A DNA stretch of 63,798 nucleotides, counting the filler, from Octopus bimaculoides (lineage: Eukaryota): the NCBI RefSeq assembly GCF_001194135.2. It is 5 parts of 5 records of this genome, joined end to end, with 100 filler letters (N's around TTAATTAATTAA, not from the genome) between each part and the next. Parts side by side here need not be neighbours in the genome. Positions count along the whole stretch, not along the records: positions 1 to 30,978 come from NC_069007.1; 4 more parts are not named here. One strand, 5' to 3'. A program made the position numbers and the translations under genes. Positions 1-10,940 of the stretch are shown here, in pieces. The notes under the pieces were generated by a model, which saw nothing but the letters and a program-made list of their open reading frames with translations, searched no databases and had not been told where the DNA came from. Within the stretch, counting starts at the first letter, position 1. Each line of letters starts with the position of its first letter.

Positions 1-165
1 TATATATATATAACGTTTTTAATACAACAGATCTATTAAGAATTTATTCTTTGAAATAAAAGTTAAAAGACCTTGACTTTTAATGGTGTATAACATTTAG
101 CGTTAGATAAATAGCTTGTTAATATTAATAATTAAAATATTTTTTGTCATTTCTTCTACTAACAG

Positions 166-319
166 AGGGCCGCAAACATCACATTGTTAACGGCACATTT
201 GGTGACATTTGTGAACTCCCACACATCGTTTTCGTTGCTATAAAGAAGGATGGCAAAGATTTCGGTTGCAGTGGTTCTCTGATCGATTCCGAGCATGTCC
301 TCACCGCTGCTCACTGCCT
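166..319 (+). CDS. S1 (trypsin-fold) serine protease, internal exon with activation site and catalytic His
   Basis: Flanked by ...ctaacag and gtaagt. Translates xGRKHH-IVNGTFGDICELPHIVFVAIKKDGKDFGCSGSLIDSEHVLTAAHC(L), containing the IVxG mature N-terminus, CSGSLI and TAAHC. Signal-peptide exon must lie upstream of the window. Confidence 0.95.
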
Positions 320-403
320 GTAAGTACTCGTCTTTCTTTCCTTTTTACCAACGCGGTCCCATACATGCTCACTGTTCATCCCAGTTTGTAAGGACTGGCT
401 GTA

Positions 404-439
<36 letters not shown>

Positions 440-789
440 ACTTCACACTTTGTATTTCTCGGAGTACGTGGGGGTTCAACAGAGTAATAGATTCTACAGC
501 TCAGTGGATCAAATAATGAGGAAAACTAAAAAAAAAAACATTTAAACCTCAAATGATTCGTCTTTAATGAGTGAACTCGAAGTAGATAAAGCTATATGTA
601 ATTCTTTCTACTACAGGTACAAGGCATGAAAATGGGAGGAAGAGGGCCAGTCAATTACATATACTCCATTGCTTAAGTGGTTTATATTTTATCGACCCCG
701 TAATGATGAAAAATTCCACACAACTTCAAAGTCCTCTTGAATGCTTTGCATACCGGATCGTCACAGCAAGTTCAAGGAAATGAGAATAA

Positions 790-1321
790 TCACTACCATA
801 AAAAAAGAATGGTTCAATTAATCCTTAAACTGCACCTTACTGGGAAATTAACATGATGCTCCTCCGTAATATACATATTGTCAGGTCCCCAATAGGTGCA
901 ATTATGACGGTCAATGGAGCCATTTAATTTAAAAGTACCTTCACATGTTGGAAAGTGTGCATCTTCTATACATCTTGGCCAAGTACCACGCGCAAAATTA
1001 CACTCATTGGTCCGGATCATGTACATTAAGAAAATGGACTATTCTTGGAATGTAATTTTCCAAAGACAGTGCTTCAAAATGTGAAGGGCATTTGAAATTC
1101 CTATCTCATAACTCAGAGTACAAATATTCTTCAATTCTACCAATGCATTTCTAGTACTCTTTCTTGCTTTCTGAAGCTCTTTGATATCCATGGTCTTCGA
1201 AAACGTAATTTTTGGACGTTCTGAGCGGTTCTGTCTGCTACAAACTTATCACAAATTCGGGTGATGGTAAGTTTCGTAGCAGACGGATATGTTTGAAACT
1301 CTATACGTGAGATCCGCTGAT

Positions 1322-1330
<9 letters not shown>
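790..1330 (-). mobile_element. Degenerate Tc1/mariner-superfamily transposase remnant
   Basis: Minus-strand fragments ERVLEMHW / TKLTITRICDKFVADRTAQNV (HTH-like) and [22 protein letters not shown] (DExxFxLNGxVNRHNCRYW-like). Frameshifted; boundaries approximate. Confidence 0.65.
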
Positions 1331-1361
<31 letters not shown>

Positions 1362-1572
1362 NNNNNNNNNNTATATAAATTTAATGAATGGAATGAAACG
1401 CATATTATAACTGCATACTTTTATCCCGACATATGTATTTATTTTACTAGGAGAAAATGAATACATATAATAAAATAATATGTGTGTGTGTGTGTGTGTG
1501 TGTGCATATATACATGCATACATACTCACACACACACACACACACACGTTTGTACTTTCGTCTCTGTTGCAG

Positions 1573-1697
1573 GGCAGGAAATGTAACCCATATCACAGTC
1601 ATGTTCGGCTCCGAACACAAATATTATATGTTGCACAAATATATCGCAAAGTCCTATTTTGCTCACTTGGAGTACATAAAGAATGACGTCACAGTCC
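1573..1697 (+). CDS. S1 serine protease, next exon
   Basis: ttgcag acceptor, gtaagt donor, phases 2/1 compatible with both neighbours. Reads AGNVTHITVMFGSEHKYYMLHKYIAKSYFAHLEYIKNDVTV. Confidence 0.85.
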
Positions 1698-2379
1698 GTA
1701 AGTATTGAAACCTTGTTATTGCATATTGGGAAACGCGAGCGCAGGGTTGGACGTATAGTTGATGCGTGGTTAACAAGTCAACAGATGACTAACTAGATAC
1801 GAAATCGATCCCACTGTGGGGTGCATTGGACAATTGAGTACGATGTTGTCGTTGTTCAGTAACTGGAAGATTACCGCTGCACTATTACGATAAAAAGGGT
1901 CGAGCAGAAAGCACGTGCGAAAGGCAGCCGTATATATATATATATATATTGATAAAAAAAGAGTAGGTGGCATACGAGTGGGTATATATTTATAAAAAAG
2001 AAGTTTGAAAATGCCAATATATAAAAAATGAATTTTAATTTAACATTTTGTCAGAGATATTTTTAACATGTTTCGGTTCTTGTAAAGACGAACCTTATCA
2101 AAAATACATATTTAAAAAAAGGAAATTAAATGGAGAGTTCATAATTGTTCCTTACTGGTGTCAATACTCCACGTGGGGGCATTTTTTGTTGGTTGTAGCA
2201 GTAGTAGTGACCGTGTTGGCAATGGTAAATGGCAGAAATGTACTATATATTATATTTCCATCACGATTGATCTTACCAATCGGTTTCCCGCGTGGAATAC
2301 AATGGAATGTTAGGTGACAATCCGATAATATTAATTTGCGGTCATCAGATTTAGCTGATATGGAAGGGAATATGGTGAC

Positions 2380-2416
<37 letters not shown>

Positions 2417-2449
2417 CGCGCGCATGTATGTATATGTATTTTATCTCTT

Positions 2450-2811
2450 ACCTGTTTCAGTCAGTAGCCTGTGGCCATGCTGCAGCATCACTTTGAACAA
2501 TATTTTTTTTTATTCCAATGAATCGACACGAGTACTTATTTCTTGTTAAGCCTGTTAATCATTGTATCGCTCTCTTTTGACAAAATGCTATGTTACAAGC
2601 ACGAAAACACATCAACACAGACACAAAGATCAACACATAGATACGTACATATATATACGATGGGATTCTTTCAGTTTCCGTCTCCCAAATTCACTCAAAA
2701 AGCTTTGGTTGGCCCGAGGCTATAGTACAAGACACTCGCCCAAGGTGCCACGTAGTGGGACTGAACCTGAAACCGTGTGGTTGGGAAGCAAACTCTTACT
2801 ACACAGCCATG
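2450..2811 (-). mobile_element. tRNA-derived SINE (family A), diverged copy
   Basis: Matches the reverse complement of the copies at 13815-14240 and 62104-62310. Confidence 0.8.
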
Positions 2812-3133
2812 CTTGAAAGGCTGTCATTACTTTCGAGACAGTACTTCTTGATACACCAAATATTTTGGCTGCATTCGTTACGCTAGCGCCTGCCATACGA
2901 GCACCAACAATTTGACCTCTTTGAAAGTCTGGTAGATCTGTCATTTTAATGAATTTTAATTACCTTTTTCTGATGATATCTGAAAAGAACCAGCAATTTT
3001 AGCAAAACATATTATGCAACACTAATAATAAATCAAAAAGCATAAAAATAAACAGGCTTTTGACGGTTTTATAGATATTTCAAAATTATGATGCTATGAT
3101 GCTAGGTGTTTCCATTATTTTGTCCAAATCCTG
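2812..3133 (-). mobile_element. Tc1-like DNA transposon, 5' fragment
   Basis: MTDLPDFQRGQIVGARMAGASVTNAAKIFGVSRSTVSKVM is a Tc1 N-terminal HTH. Terminus TA-CAGGATTTGGACAAAATAATGGAAACACC at 3133. Confidence 0.8.
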
Positions 3134-3149
3134 TATATATATATATATG

Positions 3150-3420
3150 TTTTCACTGTCCATTTTTTCCTATCTTGGTTTGTGTTTGCCACCTTGGAAT
3201 CCTCTGTTTAGTGGGTCGATCCACTACTCTATTCTAGAGTACGATCTGCCTTATCTTCGAAATGTCTAGTTAGAATAGAGGCAGCTGACGAAGGATTAAT
3301 TCCAAGTGGCTATCTGTTTTCCTATGTGTTCGTTCCGTGGTCTGTAGTTCCTTGTTCTAACGTCCTGTACCCTGATATGCATCTATATACACATGTAGAT
3401 GTAAGTATGCACATATATGT
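3150..3420 (+). mobile_element. Probable Penelope-like element terminal remnant
   Basis: Shares ttcgaaa...gttagaat...gctgaYgaagga and gtcctgtaccc.gatatgca with an inverted copy at 34640-34795. Family assignment is inference. Confidence 0.35.
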
Positions 3421-3543
3421 GTGTATACATGCATATATATTCTTTGTATTATATATATATATATATATATAAGAATGTTTTATATATATATAAATTATTC
3501 CTGTCGCGACTTGCTTTCAGATTCTTCTTTTATGTTCTTTTAG

Positions 3544-3675
3544 TCAACGACATTGCCGTCATTAACCTTGGCCAGAAAATTCCACAGGAGACGTGTCTGG
3601 AACCAATTCAACTCGCTGAAAAAGATGACGAATTCGAAGAGAAATGCATAATCGCTGGTTGGGGTAAAACATCAT
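3544..3675 (+). CDS. S1 serine protease, exon with catalytic Asp
   Basis: tctttag acceptor, gtaggt donor. Reads (L)NDIAVINLGQKIPQETCLEPIQLAEKDDEFEEKCIIAGWGKTS, with the NDIA (Asp102) and CxxxGWG motifs. Confidence 0.95.
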
Positions 3676-3956
3676 GTAGGTTGACATTCCTAAAGAATAA
3701 ATTTAGAAGTTGATCCCACCATTCCACGTCATTAATACCTCCCCCATCATTCTCTTTTCTTCTGATCCATTCACTGTCTTCCATTCTGTTTGTCGTTAAT
3801 CCAGCACATTTAAATTGATTAACTATATACACATTGATTATGTATCTATATACGGAGTGTTGTTAAACATCTTTGAAACAGCTGTAGAAGATAGTTCAAC
3901 CGTGAATCTCATAAAATTTGTCCTTTTTTTCTGCTGTTTGCTATGATGTATAAGTA

Positions 3957-4339
3957 GGGCAGCTGAATCGTTAGCACACCGGACAAAATGTTTAGCGGCA
4001 TTTTGTCCGTCCTTACATTTTGAATTCAAGTTTCTCCGAGATTGACATTGCCTTTCATATTTTGGGGTCGATTGAATAAGTACTGGTTGGCCATTGGTGT
4101 AGATGTAATCGACTTACCACTCCCCTCAAAAGCTGCTGGCCCTGTACCAAAATTTATTATTGTTATTATTATTATATTCGTCCGACTTCATGATCTGAGT
4201 TCAAATTCCGCCGAGATCGACTTTACCTTTAACCCTTTCGAAGTTGATAAAATAAGTACCAGTTGAGTATTTGAGTATTGGGGTCGATGTTTACGACTAT
4301 ACCCCTCTCCTAAATTTCAGGCCTTGTGCATTTAGTAGA

Positions 4340-4390
<51 letters not shown>

Positions 4391-4600
4391 GAAGGCGGAT
4401 TGGCAGACTCATTAGCATGCCCAGCAAAATGCTGCTAAGCATTTTGTCTGTCTTTACGTTCTGAATTCAAATTATATTGCGGCAGGCTTAGCCTTTCATC
4501 CTTTCAAGGTGATAAAATAAGTACCAGCTGGGCGCTGGGATCGATGTAATCGAATTGCCCCTCCCCCAAAATTTCAGACATCGTGCCTATAACAGAAAGG
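3957..4600 (+). mobile_element. Cluster of SINE family B copies with (TTA)n tails
   Basis: Repeated ggcagxxtcgttagca...gttctgagttcaaattccgccgag...gataaaataagtaccag...aaatttcaggccttgtgc units, with a (TTA)n tract at about 4345-4389. Confidence 0.8.
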
Positions 4601-4902
4601 ATTATTTATTTATTTATTCATTTATTTATTTATTTATTTAGTCATTTTATGATTTTCTTTGCTTCATTTGTTTTGTATTCATTTTTGCTTTTCAGTTTTT
4701 ATCTTCATATACACACACACATAAACGCATACATACATACATACATACATACGTACGTACATACGTACATACGTACGTACGTACGTACGTACGTACGTAC
4801 GAAGTGCATACATACCTACGCCCACATACGCACATGCAGACGCATAAAAAACACACACACGCACAAACGTATGTTTACTGACACACTCTCCTTGTATTTC
4901 AG

Positions 4903-5045
4903 GGGAGTCTGCACCAACAATATTCCTGTTAAAGGGTGAGGTACCCATAATACCGAAGAAAGTGTGCTCAACCGTAGCTAACGGCCTACAAGATCAGCAT
5001 ATATGTGCTGGTAACCAGCTACGTAATGGAACTACAACTTGCAAG
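4903..5045 (+). CDS. S1 serine protease, exon with Cys168/182/191
   Basis: atttcag acceptor, gtaaat donor. Reads (W)ESAPTIFLLKGEVPIIPKKVCSTVANGLQDQHICAGNQLRNGTTTCK and ends in phase 0 just before GDSGGP. Confidence 0.93.
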
Positions 5046-5280
5046 GTAAATAATATCTTTTGTTTTATTCTGCGGCACATGGGCCAACTGTCTCGTTTCC
5101 ATACGTACGTGCATCTTATATGCTATCAAAAATAGTATATACATATACACAGAGACATGTGAACCCGTTATTATTTCCTTTAGCATATATTTTCTTCCCC
5201 TCTTTGTTCTAATCTGTTTTTGATTGTCTGTTCCTTAGCATACAAACATACATACATACATACATACATACATACATACA

Positions 5281-5725
5281 GGATGGCTGCCACCTCATTA
5301 TCGAGTATGGCCATTGCACGAAGCTTAACTCAACGGTGCTGTGATCGAATGTGACTTTTTATCCCAGCCAAAGATCTACAATGTCTTGCACAGAGTTGGC
5401 ATCCAAAACCTTACCTGACAATAGCTGGCTGTTGTTGTAACTGGGCTCCATGTACCATTGCGTGTCGTTTAAGTCCTCTTGCTGAATCACACTCCCTTCC
5501 ACATGCCCGACAGACAGGATTAGTATGGTGTGTAGCATCATCTCCAGCGGCCTGGTGGTCAATCATCGGTCTTGCTTTATGACTCCGAAGATGACTCATG
5601 ATTCCAGCTTTACTGAGTCAGACACTGCATGTCAGTGTCATAGGAAGACCCTTACTATCTGGAAGTGCAACAACAATGCCCTTCCTGACATCCCCCCTTA
5701 ATTTCTCATGTGCAATTCGTGATTT
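5281..5725 (-). mobile_element. RTE-clade LINE 3' fragment with tandem C2H2-like fingers
   Basis: Reads RIAHEKLRGDVRKG...TCSV*LSKAGIMSHLRSH...CRACGRECDSARGLKRHAMVH...*GFGCQLCARHCRSLAGIKSHIRSQHR*, followed by a (TGTA)n tail. Confidence 0.65.
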
Positions 5726-5929
5726 TTCATACATACATACATACATACATATTCGAAGCGACAAGTCACGTATTTGGCGTGGGAGACTATTTATTGAAAA
5801 TACGATGAATCCTATCTCCAGCTTTGGAGCCACAACTATCAGCCTTGTTAAATAACTGTTTAATCTTCAGATAAATTACCTGAGAGAGCCTTTCAGTCAC
5901 AATTGTAATGATTTTTGACTGAAACTTGA

Positions 5930-6480
5930 ATTTAGCATGCAAAGAGTTACTACAAACAACATGGCTGGACACATCAACAACACAATCGAGGAACAGAACG
6001 AAAACAACAGCTCAACAGGCAAACAAACTCTTTCTAGCTGTAGTTATAAAAGAAACCGTAACTACAAAACTCATTTCTCTTGGAGTTATGAATTGAATAA
6101 TGATCTATTTAACTGCAACGAAAAAGCAAACTAAAACCCCGCTGTTGGCTATATGAATCGATTGGGACGATCTGCATTCAGAATTAAATCTATCCTCTGA
6201 ACACGAATGTGTGTGACTAGAAAAATACAAAAGAAAGAGGACAGATATGGACCATTGAAAAGGATTTTGCAAATCCAGAACCCAAGATACACTTTCAGCT
6301 TTTTACCTATAATTATTGGAGCAACAGGATACATACCAACCTGTCTGAAGCAAAGTATGGCTGAATTTGGGATCTTGGGGAAAAATGCAATTCCTTAATT
6401 CATACGCTACAAATGATCACGATATCTGGGACAATAAAAATCAGTAAAACCTTCTTAAGATTTAAAGAATGATGGTTAAA
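5930..6480 (+). mobile_element. Internally deleted R4/Dong-clade non-LTR retrotransposon
   Basis: N-terminal-like FSWSYELNNDLFNCNEKAN*NPAVGYMNRL is joined to the C-terminal RLE tail KKEDRYGPLKRILQIQNPRYTFSFLPIIIGATGYIP. Confidence 0.6.
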
Positions 6481-6614
6481 ACAAGATACTTTCCTTCATA
6501 ACCTTGCTACCAAGTCAGTGGTTGGTCAAAATTTAATCTAGAATTAAAATTAAAAGAAAGGAACGTACGTACATACACACATACATACATACATACATAC
6601 ATACATACATACAT

Positions 6615-7290
6615 GATGGCCGTCCACTCGTGACCGAGGAAAACCATTGCCGACATTCAGGAACATTGTGCGCTCTAGGACTAACTTATATTTTGTATTT
6701 TCGGCCCCGTTGGTGGCTAATGAACCCTGCTCTTGACAAGCATACACGACTGCAAACATTGCAGACCAAGCTTTTCCCATTCACCATACGAGCTGTGCGC
6801 TTTCGCGCAGCTCGCTTAAGTTCTTCATGCTGGATACGTGCTCTCTCAAAAGTGTCGATCCCCTCCTTAACCTGCTTCCTCCATCCGTGGCGATGACAGG
6901 CATTGTTCTCCCAGTCAGTGTCCTGCATATCACAGGCCTTTAATGAGGACTTGACACAGTCCTTAAATCGCAGCCTTGGTTTCTGCCGGAGTCTCCTTCC
7001 ATTCACAAGTTCTCCATATGGCATCTGCTTAGGAATCCTGCTATCCTGCATTCTAATAAGGTGTCCAGTCCAACGTAACCGGTGCTTGTGCACCATCACC
7101 TCAATACTCAAGATATCAACTGTCCTCAGGATCTGTGTGTCTGGAATTTTTTAGGTCCAGCCAACATTGAGAATGTGCCTGAGACATCTCTGATGAAAGC
7201 GTTCAAGGACCTTTACCTGACGTTTGTACAGAGTCCATGTCTCACATGAGTAAAGGAGCGATGTCAGTACACATGCACGGTACACAGCAA
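6615..7290 (-). mobile_element. RTE-clade LINE 3' fragment
   Basis: LLYSCETWTLYKRQVKVLERFHQRCLRHIL then HRLRWTGHLIRMQDSRIPKQMPYGEL...RLRFKDCVK...CNVCSRVCLSRAGFISHQR, with a (TGTA)n tail at about 6570-6614. Confidence 0.9.
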
Positions 7291-8025
7291 CATACATACA
7301 TATATACATACATACATACTTGCATGCATACATACATACATACATACATACATACATACATACATACATACATGGTGGCTGTCAACTCGTAGACGAGTTT
7401 GACCATCACTAGCAAATTATCTTATGCTAGATGTTAAAAAGAATGGTTGTCAGCAAAACCAGTGCCGAAATGCGCCGTCAATAACAGCTTGCACAACACC
7501 ACTAAGAGTGTCAACTACAAAACCGAATTGTCCAGAAAGAAACAAGCAAGAACAAAATCTATGAATTCACAATGAGGAGGGAAGAGATTTATTTCGGAAT
7601 TTCCTTTTCCTAGAGAGAGATATCTAAGCAAAACTAGGGAGCTCTCACTCTCAGTTGTTCAAGAACCATTGACCATACTGATTTCATCCATCCTTTGACA
7701 GGTTTTGCATTTCGTTGTACGAACATCCAACGAAAGTCAGCCTCCTTACCAAGCAAACGTGGTAGCTTGCTAGCTTAGACGCCGAAGGCCTGACCATGTG
7801 ACAGGTTTACCAGGTTATATGTTGCCAGTTGTACTAAGAATAATCTGATACGTACATACTCCTCAAATGTTATTTAATCAAAACAAATCTCCTCTTGACT
7901 ATCACGTTAATCTTACCAACTGTTATTTAATTTTCTCTAATCTATCATCTTAATTTGTCATGTGATTTTACTAAAATGATTACATTATCTAACCTGATCT
8001 TCTCTAATCTTTTCTTCTCTTCTAG

Positions 8026-8190
8026 GGTGACTCGGGAGGCCCGTTGACCTGTCGCCGTAAAAGCGACAGGAAACTCGTTCTGGTTGGCGTTGTCTCATAC
8101 GGCGATAAATGCGACAACGGAATGTCAGTCTTCGCGAAAGCCTCTTATTTCGCCGAATGGATTAAAGTTCACACAGAAAAGCAAGAATAA
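8026..8190 (+). CDS. S1 serine protease, last coding exon with catalytic Ser
   Basis: cttctag acceptor. Reads GDSGGPLTCRRKSDRKLVLVGVVSYGDKCDNGMSVFAKASYFAEWIKVHTEKQE, stop TAA at 8188-8190. Confidence 0.97.
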   Translation, partial: GDSGGPLTCRRKSDRKLVLVGVVSYGDKCDNGMSVFAKASYFAEWIKVHTEKQE

Positions 8191-9970
8191 CCCTGGAATA
8201 CTTGGAGATACAGCTACCAGAAGAAATGCATTCGGATCAATGGATGATCGAGTATTAAGATCAACAAGAACTGCTGCATCTCAATTGCTATGAACATGGA
8301 AAATCAGAAAAAAAATTTCGTCACAAGGGTAATTGTCAGTGGTGTATATATAAATGTATGTAAATATGTATGTATATATATATATGCGCACAGTCTGTTA
8401 TATATATTCCTCTATGTATACAACGCATGTGAATGTACACCGATTAATTAAAACAGAAAAATATCTATTTTACAATTTTCGATTAATTTTCTTGTTGTTT
8501 TTCAACAACATGAACAACAACCACAATAACATCAACGATTACAATAACAACGACAGAATAATATCAACAACAACCACAATTAAAGAGCCATGTATGTATC
8601 ATACTCAAGGCAAATACATCACGGAAAGCCAAATTTTAGTATATGTACTGTCGAAGCAGGTACACCGAAAGCCAAATTAGCAGCAGGATTTCTCCGGAGA
8701 TATCCCTTATTGACGTGCTGTGTTAAATAATATAAGACTATTTCAATAGCAGGTGAAAATGGCCCGGCCCCGGTGGCAAGAATATTAGATACGCATCTCT
8801 GCATTTTGGGACATCATCAGTAGCATGTACTCAAAAGCGACTGAAAAATTAGCTGCCAATCTGAATAAAAATTCGCTATGTGCCACAGAAGCAGTATTAT
8901 TTTAATGCAGCAAAATGTATACCATGTTCAAAACAATTACCTCAAAGAAAACTGTGTTATTCTTCAGAAAGAAATGCGCATCCACCATTTCCACCACCGA
9001 TGCTGGACGAGTTTCGACTGCTACTGGTATATTTTGTGTTTTTAACACAGTGCGTCCCGAAGAGATATTATGTCCTGACGGGCACAGCAGTTAACTTGGC
9101 TTTCCATGATGTATTTACATTAAGTATGATAGGCAGATTGCTATATTTTAATCAAATATTGCTTTTGTTGCTGCTAGAAAACCACTACAATAACACCAAC
9201 AACATCAACAATAATGGTATCAGACAAAATAAACAACAAAAAACAACAGCAACAACAGACAAGCTACAACAACAGCAGCAACATCATCAATATCAACAGC
9301 GACAGCATCAAGAACAACAATAATATTCATATGCCAGCTATAAATAGCTAAATCTTGTTCGAAAATCACGCATCTTAGTTTCATAAGCACAAAAGGATAC
9401 ATTGGATAATGTACTGTTTAGGTGTACAGTAAACGAGAAACAGACGAGGTGGCCATGGTTAGAAAGCCTGTTGCTCAAGGCTGATGTAGCCTAAACAACA
9501 ACAACAACAGCAGCAACAATAATAATTATATCAAAAACGTGCTCATGAGAGAGCCTCTACATGGTTGTTCGACCTGCTAGAAATAGCAGTCGTTGATATT
9601 AATTAATAAATGACAAAGGAACGGGCGTCACGTAATCATCTTCTAATTAACTTACAGCTGTTTCTGCCATTTAATAGCTCCGAGAAAGCTATAGGATGTT
9701 GTACAATACGTTGGTTCTTATAGCGGAAACAACAGTGAGATAATGACGTTGATTATGTAACACTTTCCCATCGTCATTTATTAATCAATGATGCACTTTC
9801 TATACCAGCGTAACAATTTACAATGTAGCAGATATATATATATGTGTATATGAATATATTCTTTTACTTGCTTTAGTCATTTGACTGCGGTCCTACTGAA
9901 GCACCGCCTTAATATGTGTGTGTGTTTTAAAAACTGTTTATCTGGTTATTGCAAGTCTAAGCGAAATCAT

Positions 9971-10029
<59 letters not shown>

Positions 10030-10501
10030 GGATATGTGTGTGTGTCCAAAGAATTTTCATAGGCGGAGGAAAGGCGCACTCGTAGATTACGAGGTAATAT
10101 GCAATATCAATTTAGCTTCGTAACAATCAATTTTTGTTATCAGTGTCGTACAAAACTAAAAGTCTTCCCAGACTGGAAAAATATTTTAATACTCATCAGG
10201 CTTAGCTGATAAAAAAAATATAACTGTGTTTCTTTTATTCTGAAGGTTTGAAACACCACAACCAATTGACAAGTCATACAGATACTACCATAATAATAAG
10301 AATAATAATTCTTTCTACTGGAAGCACAAGGCCTCGAATTTGGGGGAAGGGATTAAGTCGATTACATCGCCCCTTGTGATGCATGCGCCTGGTGTACCCT
10401 TGTCAGACGGGTAGTCATGATGGGTATAATGGGCTTCGTATATTTTACCCCAGTGTCACTTTGATGGCATGCACTGCTCTCTCACTCAATAATAATAATA
10501 A

Positions 10502-10940
10502 TATGTAAACGCTATAAAATCAGCACCCCTGCTTACTGGTATGAACACCATACTGAGCCAGTCGTTGAAGGTAAAAATATCACTATCGTCTGGGACTTTC
10601 CAGTCAACACTGACAGAACAATCCAGGTTAATCGACCAGACATAGTTACTAAAGACAGAATAAAACACTTGTAAGTGTTTCCGCTGATAAAAATATATAT
10701 GTGAAGGAATTTGACAAACTAAGTAAATATAAGGACCTGGAAATTGAAATGCAAAAGATGTGGCATCTTAAAGCAAGAACTTTTCCTGTTATTATAGGCG
10801 GTACCCTAGGTATGATTTAAAAAAATGGGATGTCAGAAACATCTAGATAGGATCCCAAGAGAACCATGTCTCAGAGAAATCCAATAGATTGTACTAACAA
10901 GTACTGCCCACATCCTTAGAAAACCCCATCCATTTAAATG
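10502..10940 (+). mobile_element. R4/Dong-clade LINE 3' fragment (restriction-like endonuclease region)
   Basis: ICKRYKISTPAYWYEHHTEPVVEGKNITIVWDFPVNTDRTIQVNRPDIV...KEFDKLSKYKDLEIEMQKMWHLKARTFPVIIG. Begins directly after (AAT)n at 10488-10502. Confidence 0.85.

Noticed and set aside
8600-9010. Possible Tigger/CENP-B-like remnant (TVEAGTPKAKLAAGF)
   Set aside because: Similarity is too short and fragmented to support without a search.
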